64,000 bases of DNA. Source: Octopus sinensis. Taxonomy: Eukaryota. Below, piece after piece: positions 26,026 to 39,130 of this stretch (position 1 is its first letter; the number at the start of each line of letters is the position of its first letter). The notes beneath the pieces are model-generated. The model was not told the origin of the DNA and did no database searches. It was given only the letters and a program-made list of their open reading frames with translations. The stretch lies in the NCBI RefSeq assembly GCF_006345805.1, contig NC_043003.1, positions 5,642,001-5,706,000 on the forward strand. The letters are read 5' to 3'. Made by a program: the position numbers and the translations under genes.

Positions 26026-27099
26026 TTGTAAAAATAGGCTTTGATATGCACCCACGCATCTCCCAAAAGGCGTGTATGTAAACCGGAATCATTGAAGAAA
26101 CGAAGTCCAACTCAAAGACGCGTCTCAGAAACGTTATCTTGGAAGAATCTGAACAATGAGAATGTGATTGGCTTTTACAGAAGACAACAGCGACAGATGT
26201 AATATAGGATAGATATATAGACTAATGTAATAGACTTCGTAGATTGAATTATATAACATACAATGATTACATGCACACAGAGATGCGCGTGCGCAGGTAT
26301 ATTTATATTTATTTGTATTTGAATATACATGATTTCATGCACAAACACACACACACGTATTTACACCGGCACTTATTGATATCAACGTATTCATATATAT
26401 ATAGGTATGTATGTATATATATTATATATATATATATATACATATATACATATAGACATATATATACATATAGACATATAAATACATATATACATATATA
26501 TATGTATATAAATATATATACATATATAAAAATATATATGTGTGTGAGTGTGCATGGATGTATGAACGTCTAGATGCACTTATAAATAAAATACGGGTAG
26601 ATTCACATCTATGTAGATGTGCATGTGTAATTTTGTAGATAGGAGCGTGTTCATTCAAGTATACGTTTTTGTAGGCGTACTTTTGAGTGTGTAAGCAACG
26701 CGTAAATCTGCATACGTGAGTGTACGCGTGCGAGGTTTGTGTCCATGTCCATGGCTGTCATAAACGTAAGCTACCAACCTTGATATATGTCTATACAGAT
26801 ATCCATCATGATATCACTTCTATTTCTTTTATCACTTGTCCGATCATTTTTCTATTACTTTCATCTATCTTTATCTCCCCCGAAATCACCCCCCCACGTC
26901 TCCGTACATCACCCAATCTATCTCTTCCTTCTATCCCTCTCTCTCTTTCTCTCTCTCTCACCGTATGTATATATATATATAATATATTCCTCCAAATCAT
27001 TCTTTGTATTATTACCTTTGACAATATTTTCTATTGTATATGATTGTTTTCTTTCCTAATCTTGAACATAACATACTCATTCCATTTTGCACCCACTCT

Positions 27100-27296
27100 C
27101 TCACTGTCATACACACACACACACACACACACATGTATATATGCATACATCCTACATTCGTATATATATATATATATATATATATATGCAAACATGCATA
27201 TTTATATACATGTACTTATAGATATATGAATGCATACGTATTTTTGCACTTCCATACAAGTGTATATGTCCATCTGTGTGTTTATTATAGGTGTGA

Positions 27297-27344
<48 letters not shown>

Positions 27345-27641
27345 TGTATGTGTGTGTGTGAATGCGTATGTGTGGTGATACAAACCTTATAAGCATATAA
27401 ATCCGTTACATCATCTGAGTGTGTATGTTAGATTTGTGACTGTAATTGATGCGTTTATAAGTCACAAAACATCAAGCTTTATTATATATGTGTGTGTGTT
27501 TATATATATATATATATATTATATATACGCACGTGTACATAAATACATACCAAACATTTGACACACATACACACGTACACTCAATACATTTTTATATGTA
27601 TACTATATATGTATATAAATGTATATATATATATATATATC

Positions 27642-27713
<72 letters not shown>

Positions 27714-28026
27714 CATATAATATATATATATATATATGCTATTATATCTATATATGTATATTATTATATATACATATATATATATATTATACAATATATA
27801 TATAATATATATACATATATACATATATATCATAATATATATAATATACATATATTCTATATATATATATATATTATAGATATATATATAGATTATATAC
27901 ATATATCTATATAATATACATATATATATATATATAATATATATATACCATATATATATATATATACATAATATATATATATACAGATATATATCATATA
28001 TATTATATATATACTATATATATATA

Positions 28027-28070
<44 letters not shown>

Positions 28071-28393
28071 TATACATATATATATATATATACATATTTA
28101 TACATAATATATATACATATCTATATATATATATATATACATATATATACTATATATATATACATATATATACATATATATATACATATATATACATATA
28201 TATATATAATATATACATATATATATCATATATATACATATCTATATAATATATATATATATATAATAATATATATATATATATATAGATATTATTCGTA
28301 GAAGTACACATACGCTTGTATGCATAATCATTCACACATATATTGTTTTATGAGCATTTGAAGCACATACACACACAACAAGGCGCGCGCATA

Positions 28394-28434
<41 letters not shown>

Positions 28435-28446
28435 CATATTTGTATG

Positions 28447-28477
<31 letters not shown>

Positions 28478-28990
28478 CGTATATATGTGTATATATATAT
28501 ATACATATATATATATCTGTACATATATTATACCTATATATATAGTATATATATATTACCTATGTATACACATATATATACATATATGTATATATATGCA
28601 TATGTATACACATATATATATATATACATATTTATAGACATATATATATATACATATATATATATACGTACATATGTATACACATATATATACATAAATA
28701 TATATATACATACATACATATATATATATACACATACATATGTATACACACACACATATATGTGCATATGTATGCACATATGCATGTGTATATATATATA
28801 TGTATATTATATATATATATAGATAGGTAGATAGATAGATAGATGGATAGACATACATATGTATACACACATATATATATATACATATATGTATATACAT
28901 ATGTATGTGTGTGTGTAAATATATATATATATATATATATATACATAGATATCTATGCACACAGGTGCGTACATACGTTATATATGTATA
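27100..28990. repeat. Extended (TA)n/(CATATA)n low-complexity region
   Basis: Directly visible; comparable tracts at 25270-25780, 26380-26560, 40650-40900, 54950-55950 and 62540-62900. Confidence 0.95.
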
Positions 28991-29311
28991 TTTATGAATA
29001 CCATATATACATATATTTGTATATATTCTCACACATGAGTATATTATCTAGCGAGAGCTTCTTATTCGACTATTCAGAACATGTTTTCCATTAATCTTTA
29101 TATTTTAGTCCACCCACCCCGCTTCTTAGCCCTACCAGACAAACCATTTCCTGAGCAGAGAGATGTTAGCGGAGGGGGGGGGGCTAGGCGAGTCTATACA
29201 TTTGTATAGGATTTTTCACAAACAAGTGTGAAAAAAAAATTTTATTTATTCTTTCTTACCGATACCCTACCCCCTCCTCCTTTTCTTCTTAGGCACATAA
29301 AGAAATTATTA

Positions 29312-29345
<34 letters not shown>

Positions 29346-29523
29346 CATTATTATTTTTAGTATTATTATTGTTGTTATTATTATCATCATCATTATTATT
29401 TTTATTATTATTATTAATCTTACCATTTTTGTTATCATTCCAAACTTCGTTATTATTATTGTTATCAGTGTTAATATTATTACTATATCAGTTACTATTA
29501 TCGTCGCTTTTCGTCGTTGTTGC

Positions 29524-29564
<41 letters not shown>

Positions 29565-29774
29565 CATTTGTTGTTCTCATCGCGCTTCCATCTATAAAAG
29601 AAACCCCACTCAATCGTCAGCCTCATGGTAATAAATGGAACCACACTTATAAATATATTTACTTATTACTGTTTCATTATTATTGTTATTATTATTAGTT
29701 TTATTACTATTGATTTCTTTATGTTTCCATGTAAATTCCCTCCCAACTCCTGCGCTGATTTGTTTTTTATTTCT

Positions 29775-29892
29775 ATTTTGTTGTTATTTTTGTTTTGGAT
29801 TTTCCTTCTTGTAATGTCCCCAAAGCCATGGACCGTTGTGCCTAATAACAGATATCATTATTTTATCACCACTATTATTATTATTATTATTA

Positions 29893-29935
<43 letters not shown>

Positions 29936-29940
29936 CAGTA
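29775..29940 (+). mobile_element. 3' end of an unidentified retroelement with (ATT)n tail
   Basis: CCCCAAAGCCATGGACCGTTGTGCCTAATAACAGATATCATTATTTTATCACC plus (ATT)n; a second copy in opposite orientation lies at 31391-31505. Confidence 0.6.
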
Positions 29941-29946
29941 GTAGTT

Positions 29947-29981
<35 letters not shown>

Positions 29982-30009
29982 TGTTCTCATTGTTATTTTT
30001 ATTATTTAT

Positions 30010-30620
30010 GTCACGGTGTCTCCAACAGTGTCCTGAGAGTTTGTATTGCACGGCTATGTACATCTGCTGGTTCTAGCGATGTGTGCAGCATTGTCGTGCA
30101 GATGTCAAGAATTGCAGTTGTAGACTAAATGAGTTTCGCGTTGTTCTGAGATTTAGACTCTTCTACTTTTTGTTGTGGAGACATTTACAATATCTCTTGT
30201 ATAATATCATTGTATGAGGATTATTTTAGAGGATCGGCATTTTTTTTACTTTTCCTATATCACAGAAGATTGTGGTTTTGTAGACTACGTGTTGTATAGT
30301 TTTGTCTAATGTTGTTAGGAGGTGCCTGTGTTTTGTATTTGTTACGCCATGTGTTTGAGCGTTGTCTGCTGATTAAGTAGAATATTTCCGTATTTGTGCT
30401 GTTAGAATCAGATGTTGTATTATTTGGCGGCAATTGCGAAAAATATGATTCATGTGAGGCTGTAAGTGGTGTATGGCGGACGTGTTAGGATATCGATTGA
30501 TTTTATTCCGACAGATGCGTTGCGTTGCTATTCTTATTTCATAGGGATTGTAATGGGTTTTGTGAGATGAGTGAGAAATGCCATTCATTTCACTGTTTTC
30601 GTGTAGGATTCGACGAGTCT
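30010..30620 (-). mobile_element. Decayed coding-like retroelement fragment (possibly Penelope N-terminus)
   Basis: Broken minus-strand frames (NHIFRNCRQIIQHL; LDICTTMLHTSLEP). Family assignment is a guess. Confidence 0.25.
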
Positions 30621-30960
30621 TTGTACAGTTATATATTAGCCAGTCTGCAGTTTTAATCTCAGGTACGGATTTTAGATTTATGAAAACAATCCTACATCTT
30701 TATCATATTCAGTCAACCCTGTTGAAATAAGTCACAGCTAACAATTCTATATAATGTATAATGAATTATGCCCCGTACAATATTTTCCAGTCCATCATGC
30801 ACTAAGGGAAAATCTTGAACGACGGTGAAGATAATTTATATCCGAAGAGTGATGTAGTTCGCTCGAAGCATTGTATTACAGTAGTAGAAAAATAAATGAA
30901 ATAAGAAATATGGAAAGCTTCAACAATGCTCACTTTTTCTAAAATACCTTTATATTTCAG

Positions 30961-31165
30961 GCTCAAAACACTATATTCAGAAGATACAAAGAAATGTTAG
31001 TTTACATACATCCTGCAACAAAACTACCATCTTTACTGTCCCAGCGCCACCGTTTCCAATGTCAGTTTTACGGCACCAACAACACAAGCATTTGGGGAGC
31101 TGCTGTTTCCAGCACAAGCACCGGACTAAAATGGAGTCACTTCCCATCTGGCTATCCAAAATGGC

Positions 31166-31167
<2 letters not shown>
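30961..31167 (+). other. Candidate 207-nt exon of an unidentified gene
   Basis: Pyrimidine-rich acceptor TTTATATTTCAG|G and donor CAG|GTATAT; length divisible by 3; two open frames; GC above flanks. No recognisable homology. Confidence 0.25.
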
Positions 31168-31198
<31 letters not shown>

Positions 31199-31257
31199 TG
31201 AGTGTATTTTTACCTTGTTAACAATTAACACGGAAAAATAAATAAATATTTACCAGG

Positions 31258-31390
31258 GCATGTATCTATATATCTATGTATCTGTGTACTTTCTAAAGTA
31301 CCAAGTTCAACACTGCTGCTACACACTCCAGTAACGAGGCCTGTTAGAATGGCTCCAAGAGCGACTCCGCCACAGACGTCATTACCTCAA
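31258..31390 (+). repeat. 133-bp direct repeat, copy 1
   Basis: Identical to 32260-32392 except one G/A difference (GTAACGAGG vs GTAACAAGG). Confidence 0.95.
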
Positions 31391-31825
31391 TAATAATAAT
31401 AATAATAATAATCATAGTAGTGATAAAATAATGATATCTGTTATTAGGCACAATGGTCCATGGCTTTGGGGACATTGCAAGAAAGATAAACCAAAACAAA
31501 TGTATATACACATACAGACACACATTTTTTCTATCCTTCTGAAGGCCATTGTATCCGAAATATAAAGCACTTTTTTTAATGTTTTGCCTTGTTAGACGCT
31601 TTCTATATTTCATATTTCATTTATATCATTATCACGTATGCTTGCGAATCATTTTAATTTTCTCTCCTTATGAATGAGTGTACTGTAAACACGAGTGTTA
31701 AAAACATTAAAGAACTATATATATATATATATATATATACACAATCTAAAAATAGGATAAAATCTTCATAAGAATTTATGAAGTAGTTAGCGTGAAAAAC
31801 CTCATATTATTCATATTATTACATA

Positions 31826-31962
31826 GAGGGACATTATTACACATAGATGCCTCACGCTAGCAGGAACTCTTAAAGTCAAAACTACTAAAATAAATTTATT
31901 TTAGTAGTTTTGACTTTAAGAGTCCCTCCTAGCGTGTGGCATCTATGTGTAATAATGCCCTC
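31826..31962. mobile_element. Fold-back element with a perfect 58-bp central palindrome
   Basis: 31866-31894 is the exact reverse complement of 31895-31923; imperfect pairing extends to ~137 bp. Related to 6021-6246. Confidence 0.85.
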
Positions 31963-31969
31963 AATATAA

Positions 31970-32255
31970 TATATACCGTGCTATTCACCAGATTTACCCC
32001 CTGCAGACTTCCGTCTCTTTCCCAAGACGAACAGGCAGCTCAAAGAGAGCCGTTTTAACACCGTTGTAAAGATGCAGAAGCGAACCGCAGAAGATCCGCG
32101 ACTCGCTTACGGAAAACGACTTACAGGATGGATTCCAAAAGTGACAAGAACGCTAGGACCGGTGCATTACTACAGCGGATATTTAAAAGGAGGTGATGTT
32201 GAATTATTTCATATTTAAACATAACAAGTCCGGGACCGTTTTGATAGGTACGTAT
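31970..32255 (+). mobile_element. Mariner transposase C-terminal remnant with 3' end
   Basis: YSPDLPPADFRLFPKTNRQLKESRF...QDGFQK, i.e. the mariner YSPDLAP motif. Confidence 0.8.
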
Positions 32256-32259
32256 GTAT

Positions 32260-32392
32260 GCATGTATCTATATATCTATGTATCTGTGTACTTTCTAAAG
32301 TACCAAGTTCAACACTGCTGCTACACACTCCAGTAACAAGGCCTGTTAGAATGGCTCCAAGAGCGACTCCGCCACAGACGTCATTACCTCAA
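32260..32392 (+). repeat. 133-bp direct repeat, copy 2
   Basis: See 31258-31390. Confidence 0.95.
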
Positions 32393-33149
32393 ACACCACC
32401 GACGACCTCACCTTTACCACATCCCCCTCTCACCACCATCTTCAACATCATCCGTCCACCATCACCACCATCACCAACGTCACCACTACCATCAACCATT
32501 ACCCAACGTGTGAGTGTGCTGTAAACAACGTCATTATCTCTTTTATTATTTGCCTGTCTTTCCTTAAAGACTTTTCCTCTCTAATATAGCTTTCTTAATC
32601 AATTCCACCTTTCACCTCGCTCTAATTAATCATCATAGAGTCATTTCTGTGGAGAGTGCATACATTAGCCACCAAACTGCTCTCCTCCATCTCACTCACT
32701 TCAACATTTTCAAGTAATGAGCTAATCAACTTCCACACACACACACACACACACAGATTATCATTATCATTTTCAACAAAGTGATACATCCCTTTAGCAG
32801 GAAATTCTTAATTATAATTCCGTCTTCAGGCCCCATTGATTGAAATGTATCATTAGAAGAACATTTCCATTAATGACGACCCGAACATCACAGAAAACTT
32901 ATCAAATTTAACAAATGTCTCGTTCTGGTGTGAAAAGTTAAAACATGGCCGGTGGATAGTGGCAGAGTGACGGGCGAAATACCTTGTGGTTCATAATCGT
33001 ATCATAAAACCCTTCATAAGTTGCAGAAACATATTTCTGCAGCAGAGAACTGATTCCTGCAAAATGTAAAAAGAAAAAAAAATAATTGCTACCTCTTAGT
33101 CGACATTAAAGTTATTCGTGCCTTTGGCAGGGGGAACAATTATGAGATG

Positions 33150-33750
33150 GTTAAGCTTGATTTGGAAGATGGTGACAAGATTAGGAAAAAGGGTCACGTT
33201 AGTTTTGTACTTCCCTGTTTGTACACTGGCGTCCAATATCTGGTTGGACGAAATACGACTGGCACAGAGACGCTGGTAGTAACCTTGACCCTTTCGAACA
33301 ATCGTGACCCTTTGAATACCGTCTTCTTACTCTTCTACTGCAGGCAGACTGTAAAAGTTGAACTATTAAGCAACGTTTACTCAAATGAAGTCTGAACTAA
33401 AAGAAAGTTTCCAGTTGCACTGAAAGATTGCAGAATGGGAGGGATTCCTCTTTAAAACTTTGGAAGGAAAGAGTATAGGACAGTGGTACAAGTCAGAAGG
33501 ATTAGATTACAAATGTGAAGGCAAAGGCTTTCTGCGCTCTTTCTCGGTGGAAGTAATTGACAAATGAGGAAAAGGGGGATAAGCGTAACAGCAACAATGA
33601 CAGCAGATCCATGGGGCTCTTTTCCCATGCTTACTGGTAGCTGCAGCTTTTAGGACGATCGGAAAAATTCACAGCATCTTCAGTTTCCAAAACAGTAAGC
33701 AAGAAGCAGATGGCCCTCTTCCCAGTAATGCCTACCCGTTATCCAGCTTG
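33150..33750 (-). mobile_element. Possible decayed CR1/Jockey-group LINE fragment
   Basis: ERAQKAFAFTFV-SN weakly resembles the EKA-x-x-FA-x-x-F-x-SN linker between endonuclease and RT; many stops. Confidence 0.3.
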
Positions 33751-34242
33751 TAATAATTATTAACTGGACTGCATCACTCAAGATCTCTTTACAGCTACAT
33801 GGAGAGGCCATGTTTCGTTGATGAGGCCATAACTAGTACGGAACCAATTCTATGTTGTCCTCTCTTGTTCGAAGAAATATTTAAAACCATTTCCTCGTAT
33901 CATTTCTTTCCACACCACAATAGATGCTACTAATGTATTATTCCATCTTCCTTACTTCCAACATGTAAACAATCAACACATTTATGACCTGCTGTCTTCA
34001 ATTATGTCTTTTTATGTTCGAATATTACCAAAATCGATATTTTCGCAGATCGATCGTCTCATCTATCTTCCTTGTGTCGATAATATAAACATCACTCATC
34101 TAAAATTGTCCTTTGTGTATCTGCGTGAGTGACGTTGCAGTTAATGTTGTTTAGCCCAGAGTAATCCTTCAATGAGGAAACATAGGCTGAAATGTGTTCC
34201 GTCCATGACCATCATTATGTTTATACATACCCGGCGAGAACA

Positions 34243-34643
34243 GGCGGCGAGCTGGCAGAAACGTTAGCACGCCGGGCGAAATGCTTAGCGGTATTTCGTC
34301 TGTCATTACGTTCTGAGTTCAAATTCCACCGAGGTCGACTTTGCCTTTCATCTTTTCGGAGTCGATAAATAAAGTACCAGTTTCGCACTGGAGACGATGT
34401 AATCGACTTAATCCGTTTGTCTGTCCTTGTTTGTCCTCTCTGTGTTTAGCCCCTTGTGGGTAGTAAAGAAATAGGTGTTTCGCCTGTTTTTACATTCTGA
34501 GTTCAAATTCGTCGAGGTCGACTTTGCCTTTCATCCTTTCGGAGTAGATAAAGTACCAGTTTCGCACTGGGGTCGATGTAATCCCTTTGTCTGTCCTTTT
34601 TTGTCCCCTCTCTATTTAGCCCCTTGTGGGCAGTAAAGAAATA
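34243..34643 (+). mobile_element. SINE family B dimer
   Basis: Full tRNA-headed unit, then a second unit lacking the first ~45 nt; junction AAATAG|GTGTTTCG at 34474/34475. The central domain GACTTTGCCTTTCATCCTTTCGG-x-GTCGATAAA...AGTACCAG resembles the MetaSINE domain (from memory). Confidence 0.9.
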
Positions 34644-34974
34644 TATACATATCCGGTGAGATTGTTTTAAAGATGGTAGTGATTCGAGGATTCGGTTGCT
34701 ACTTTTAGCAAGTCGAGGGAGGACATAAATGATACAAAGTATCTTACGTTGGTTCTTATGTTTGTGTATGTCTGCTAGTAAATATCTGTAGGTGTATATA
34801 TGTCTGCAAATGTGTGAGTATATGCTCATATTTATATATGTTTGTGATTATATATCAGTATATGTATGAGAAAACCCGATAGGTAGAAAGATACGTGAAG
34901 GGATAGGAAGATGAATAGACAGAGACGGAGAGAGAGAGAGAATAGTAAAAAGTTGTGTATATGAGTTTATGGGG

Positions 34975-35160
34975 AGAGTTTACGAAAAAAACATAAGGCA
35001 AAGACAGGTGGTGTACAAAACAAACAGATATATTAGTATAACGTTCAAGAATAGAAAAAGTATTTTACGTTTCGAGCCTACGCTCTTCCACAGAAAGGGA
35101 CACAGAAAAAACATGGAGAGAAAAAAATATGAGTAGTGGCTAAGGATCTATCATGGCGAC
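34975..35160 (-). mobile_element. ~190-bp hammerhead-like element, copy 3
   Basis: Minus strand CCTTT-CTGTGGAAGAGCGTAGGCTCGAAACGTAAAATAC; core at 35065-35093. Confidence 0.75.
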
Positions 35161-35213
35161 TGATATGTATTTATGTATGCATCCTTCTATTTATATTTGT
35201 CTATCTATACACC

Positions 35214-35791
35214 TATGTATGTACGTTCAAAAGGTAACCGACTGTATTCATTCTCGCTAAAACTAATGCCGCATGACTAAAATGCTTTGGGTGGGATGTG
35301 ACGCCATCGATTCTGCGCATGCGTGAAAGTTTTCGAGCCGGAAGGCCGCATCAGGTCCTAGCTGCTACGCCTGGAGTACATATACGTAGTGTGCGCTGGT
35401 CGGAATTTTCGTTTCCAACGAACGCATCGAGGACCACAGGCAGGTCATACGCAATCCGAAACGAGGAACCGAGGAGAATGTCATGGAAGAAGTCGCATAA
35501 CAATCCCGGCTTGAAACCGTCTGAGTTTTGGGTCGTCCACAAACTGAAAAGTACGCCGAAAGGGAAACGATTTGAGTGCGAGAGCAAATTATGAGAAAAG
35601 CAATGAGGAAGCTTCATAGCATTCCATCGAAGGCGTTCCAGAGGTGTTACCAACAAAACCGTCTCTAGAAGTGTGTGAACACTTTAGGAGTGTATTTTGA
35701 AGGTGATTAAATAGAAATGGGGAAATGCACAAAGTCGCGTGTTTTTTTTTTTTCTGCCCATAAGCCGGATACTCTTTAAACGCACCTCATA
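35214..35791 (+). mobile_element. Internally deleted mariner element with degenerate TIRs
   Basis: PSEFWVVHKLKSTPKGKRF...LHSIPSKAFQRCY...KCVNTLGVYFEGD*. Ends TATGTATGTACGTTCAAAAGGTAACCGACT and AGCCGGATACTCTTTAAACGCACCTCATA are imperfect inverted repeats. Confidence 0.8.
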
Positions 35792-36103
35792 TGTAAGTAT
35801 TATGAATACATGGCCTGATGGAGGGATGGATGGATGGATGGATGTAGGTCGGTATATGTAGGTCGGTGTATATGTAGGTAGGTAGGTAGTTAGCCAGCTA
35901 GGTGCGTAGGTAGGCAGACAGACAAGCAGGCAGTCTTAAATGCAGGTAAATAGGTAGATAACGTTTATGAGAGCCAAATAGTGCCCAACATGCGGTGCAA
36001 GGAGACTTAACGCAGAGTGACTGCGAAATAAATGTCTTAACCACTGCCAAGGCGATGTCTTCTTTAAGGATCAGTTTAGAAGCTGAGTCGACGGAGAGTA
36101 ATT

Positions 36104-36326
36104 CCTATTTCCTTACTACCCACAAGGGGCTAAACATAGAGGGGACAAACAAGGACAGTCAAAGGAATTAAGTCGATTATATCGACTCCAGTGTGTAACT
36201 GGTACTTATTTAATCGACTCCGAAAGGATGAAAGGCAAAGTCGACCTCGGCGGAATTTGAACTCAGAAGTAATGGCAGACGAAATACCGCTAAGAATTTC
36301 GCCCGGTGCGCTAACGTTTCTGCCAG
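36104..36326 (-). mobile_element. SINE family B monomer
   Basis: Full-length match to the other family B copies. Confidence 0.9.
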
Positions 36327-36629
36327 ATGACGTCTCTCTGGTGGTTTAAATACACAAATCTCCGATACCCAAGTGAGTAAAGATAGTCAGGAGTGATGAC
36401 CGAAGAGTGAAGACCTGAACGCCAGTCCGAATCCCTTAGAGTGTAAGAAGTGAAGGGCCAAGACACTCACTAGGGGCGAGTCCCTTCTATGAGCTCCTTC
36501 AATTGTTCAGATATTTTCGAAATTATTTAGTTGTTATTTCTAGACGGATGAGAAGCTGCTTACTAGTTCGTTCGACGTGTCATTAGAAATGGAGCATCGA
36601 GGCGAGGTGTATGATCATCTCACCATTTA

Positions 36630-36827
36630 GTGTGTGTGTGTGTGTGTGTGTGTGTATGCTTGTGTGCATACGTGTGTGTGCGTTTATATCTAACCTAGCA
36701 CAGTTATAATTGTGCGTATAACTGAAAAATTGTATGTATAACTGTGTTTGCATTAGTGTCTGTGTCTGTGTCTTTATGTGTTCGAAGTGTGTATACGAGC
36801 ATGCAGGCAAATCAGTACGTGTGTGTA

Positions 36828-36861
<34 letters not shown>

Positions 36862-36972
36862 TGTACGCGCGTGTATGTGCATGTGTTTATATGCGCATAC
36901 GTGTTGGCATGTGTAAAACCGCGCATGTACGATTGTATATTTTGTATTTGTGTGGTAATGTGACTTTGTTTC

Positions 36973-37013
<41 letters not shown>

Positions 37014-37450
37014 GTACGTACATATGTCCATAAGTATCTATGTAATTATGTCACTGTGCATATGCCGGTGAATATATGAGGGTGTATATATACGTGTGGT
37101 TATATGTGCATCTGTGTGTGTATGTGTGTGTTTGTGTGTGCGTGTGTCTGCCTTGATGTGTTTCTCTATGAATGTTTTCACACACACACACACCACACAC
37201 ACACACACTCATATATAGATCACGTGTATTGCTATAAAAACAAGAATGTGTGTGCATGTATGTTTGTGACTATGTGGTTGTACGCTAATGTTAGTATCTA
37301 GCAGTGTGTTTATATACGCATAAATACACACACGCACAAATGTAATATATACTTTAGAGTATACGTGTGTTTAGTATATGTGTGTGTGAAGCATGTGGGT
37401 GAAAATACAGTGTGGCTGTATGTGTATGCATATATGTGTGTGTGTGTGTA
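36630..37450. repeat. Degenerate (GT)n/(CA)n region
   Basis: Directly visible; source of the CVCV/HTHT ORFs. Confidence 0.9.
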
Positions 37451-38563
37451 TATGCGGTGGGGAAAGGGACAGAGTGTAATTAAGAAGGAGTTATTACTTT
37501 CCAATCCACCATGGTGTGTTCATCAATTATTTCTCGGTTCATAATAAGAAATGTTTACCTTAATTGATCTTCCCTGCTTCCTAACTCATAATCAGCTTCG
37601 CACTGTCTTTCGTTTACCAATCAGCTCCACCATCTTTTCACTTTGCTATACTCTACTACAACTACAAATTACTACACCTGAGCAACTCAGGCCTAGTTCA
37701 TTCCTCGCCCGACCCATTCCACTCTTTTTTTTGTCTTTTCCAATTATTTTAATTTTACTCTAAAATGGCGGAGGGCATGGCAGATTTCCGGTAGACGATG
37801 CTCATAGTAAAATACGTAGCGTAGGGTCCCACACATATAATGATATACTCTCTGCTGTAAAACCCCTTTTAGCAGAGATTATTGATATAATTAGTAAACA
37901 AATTAGATACTTCTTGAGGGAGTTCTTGTCTCCTAATTACGTGGATAACCTCTGTTAATATGAGTTTGTCAACTCTCTCTTTTGTGTTGTTAAAGAACGA
38001 ATTACATTTTTTTCTTTCGTCGTAAACATCTTTCAGTAGATTATGGTTAGACTTACAGTGTCTTGGCGAAAAGATGGAATTAATTTTAGTTCCAAGACAG
38101 AATGTGCTAAACGAAATACTGAAAGATTAGTTGAAATACGTTTGTGATATATTTCAACTTCTAAAAGCAAATTCACAGCAGTTACTGTGCAGATATGTCA
38201 CGACCCTACTTTTTACTGACCCTGGGTTCACTTACGCCAAAACATCTCTCAGCGTTAATACAGCCGTTACTGCTGTTTCTGCCCTGGCGGTCTAATGGCA
38301 CTATTCAGTCAATGATGTTGACTGTGTTTTAGCGAAAGCTACGGCTTAAATTATATCTGACCAGAGTTACCTCTCATCGGTATTTCTAAAGAGCTAGAAA
38401 CATGGCTGAGAATGCGACAGCGGGTAGCACTGGACGAATATGGTGTTTTTACACTGTTATACCATAGAAGAGAATTGCTTTTTATCCTACTGCAGTGAAT
38501 TTACTTTTAGAAGTTGATGTATGTGACGTTTTAATTAACCTAAAGCTCGCTCGCTCTCTCTCT

Positions 38564-38610
<47 letters not shown>

Positions 38611-38905
38611 CGAAAACATTTAATATATGTATATATATTTATTTATTTATAAATTTTGTAAACAATCTCACAGGCTGTTAAATTTCGGAGAAAAGCAACC
38701 ACCTAAGTCATTTTATAATAACTGTAATTATATATTGTTATTTTTTATAATAGTAATAATATAGTCTCCAATTAAAGCAACTAATCTGAGCACATGACTG
38801 AAAAAAGATGGGTCGAACCACTGGAAATTGAACATGGCATCAATGCTATGTTCAGTTCCCAGTGATTCGGCCCATCTTTTTTCGGTTATATGTTTAGCTT
38901 AATTA

Positions 38906-39130
38906 GGGCGGCGAGCTGGCAGAAACGTTAGCACGCCGGGCGAAATGCGTAGCCGTATTTCGTCTGTCGTTACGTTCCGATTTCAAATTACGCCGAGGTC
39001 GACTTTGCCTTTCATCCTTTCGAGATCGATAAATTAAGTACCAGTTATGTACTGGGGACGATACAATCGACTTAATCCGTTTGTCTGTCCTTGTTTGTCC
39101 CCTCTGTGTTTAGCCCCTTGTGGGTAGTAA
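38906..39130 (+). mobile_element. SINE family B monomer
   Basis: Full head, core and TTTGTCTGTCCTTGTTTGTCCCC...GCCCCTTGTGGGTAGTAAA tail. Confidence 0.9.

Noticed and set aside
29775-31505. ~100-bp inverted pair read as transposon TIRs
   Set aside because: Each copy ends in an (ATT)n tail, so two opposite retroelement 3' ends explain them better; no transposase or TSD is visible.
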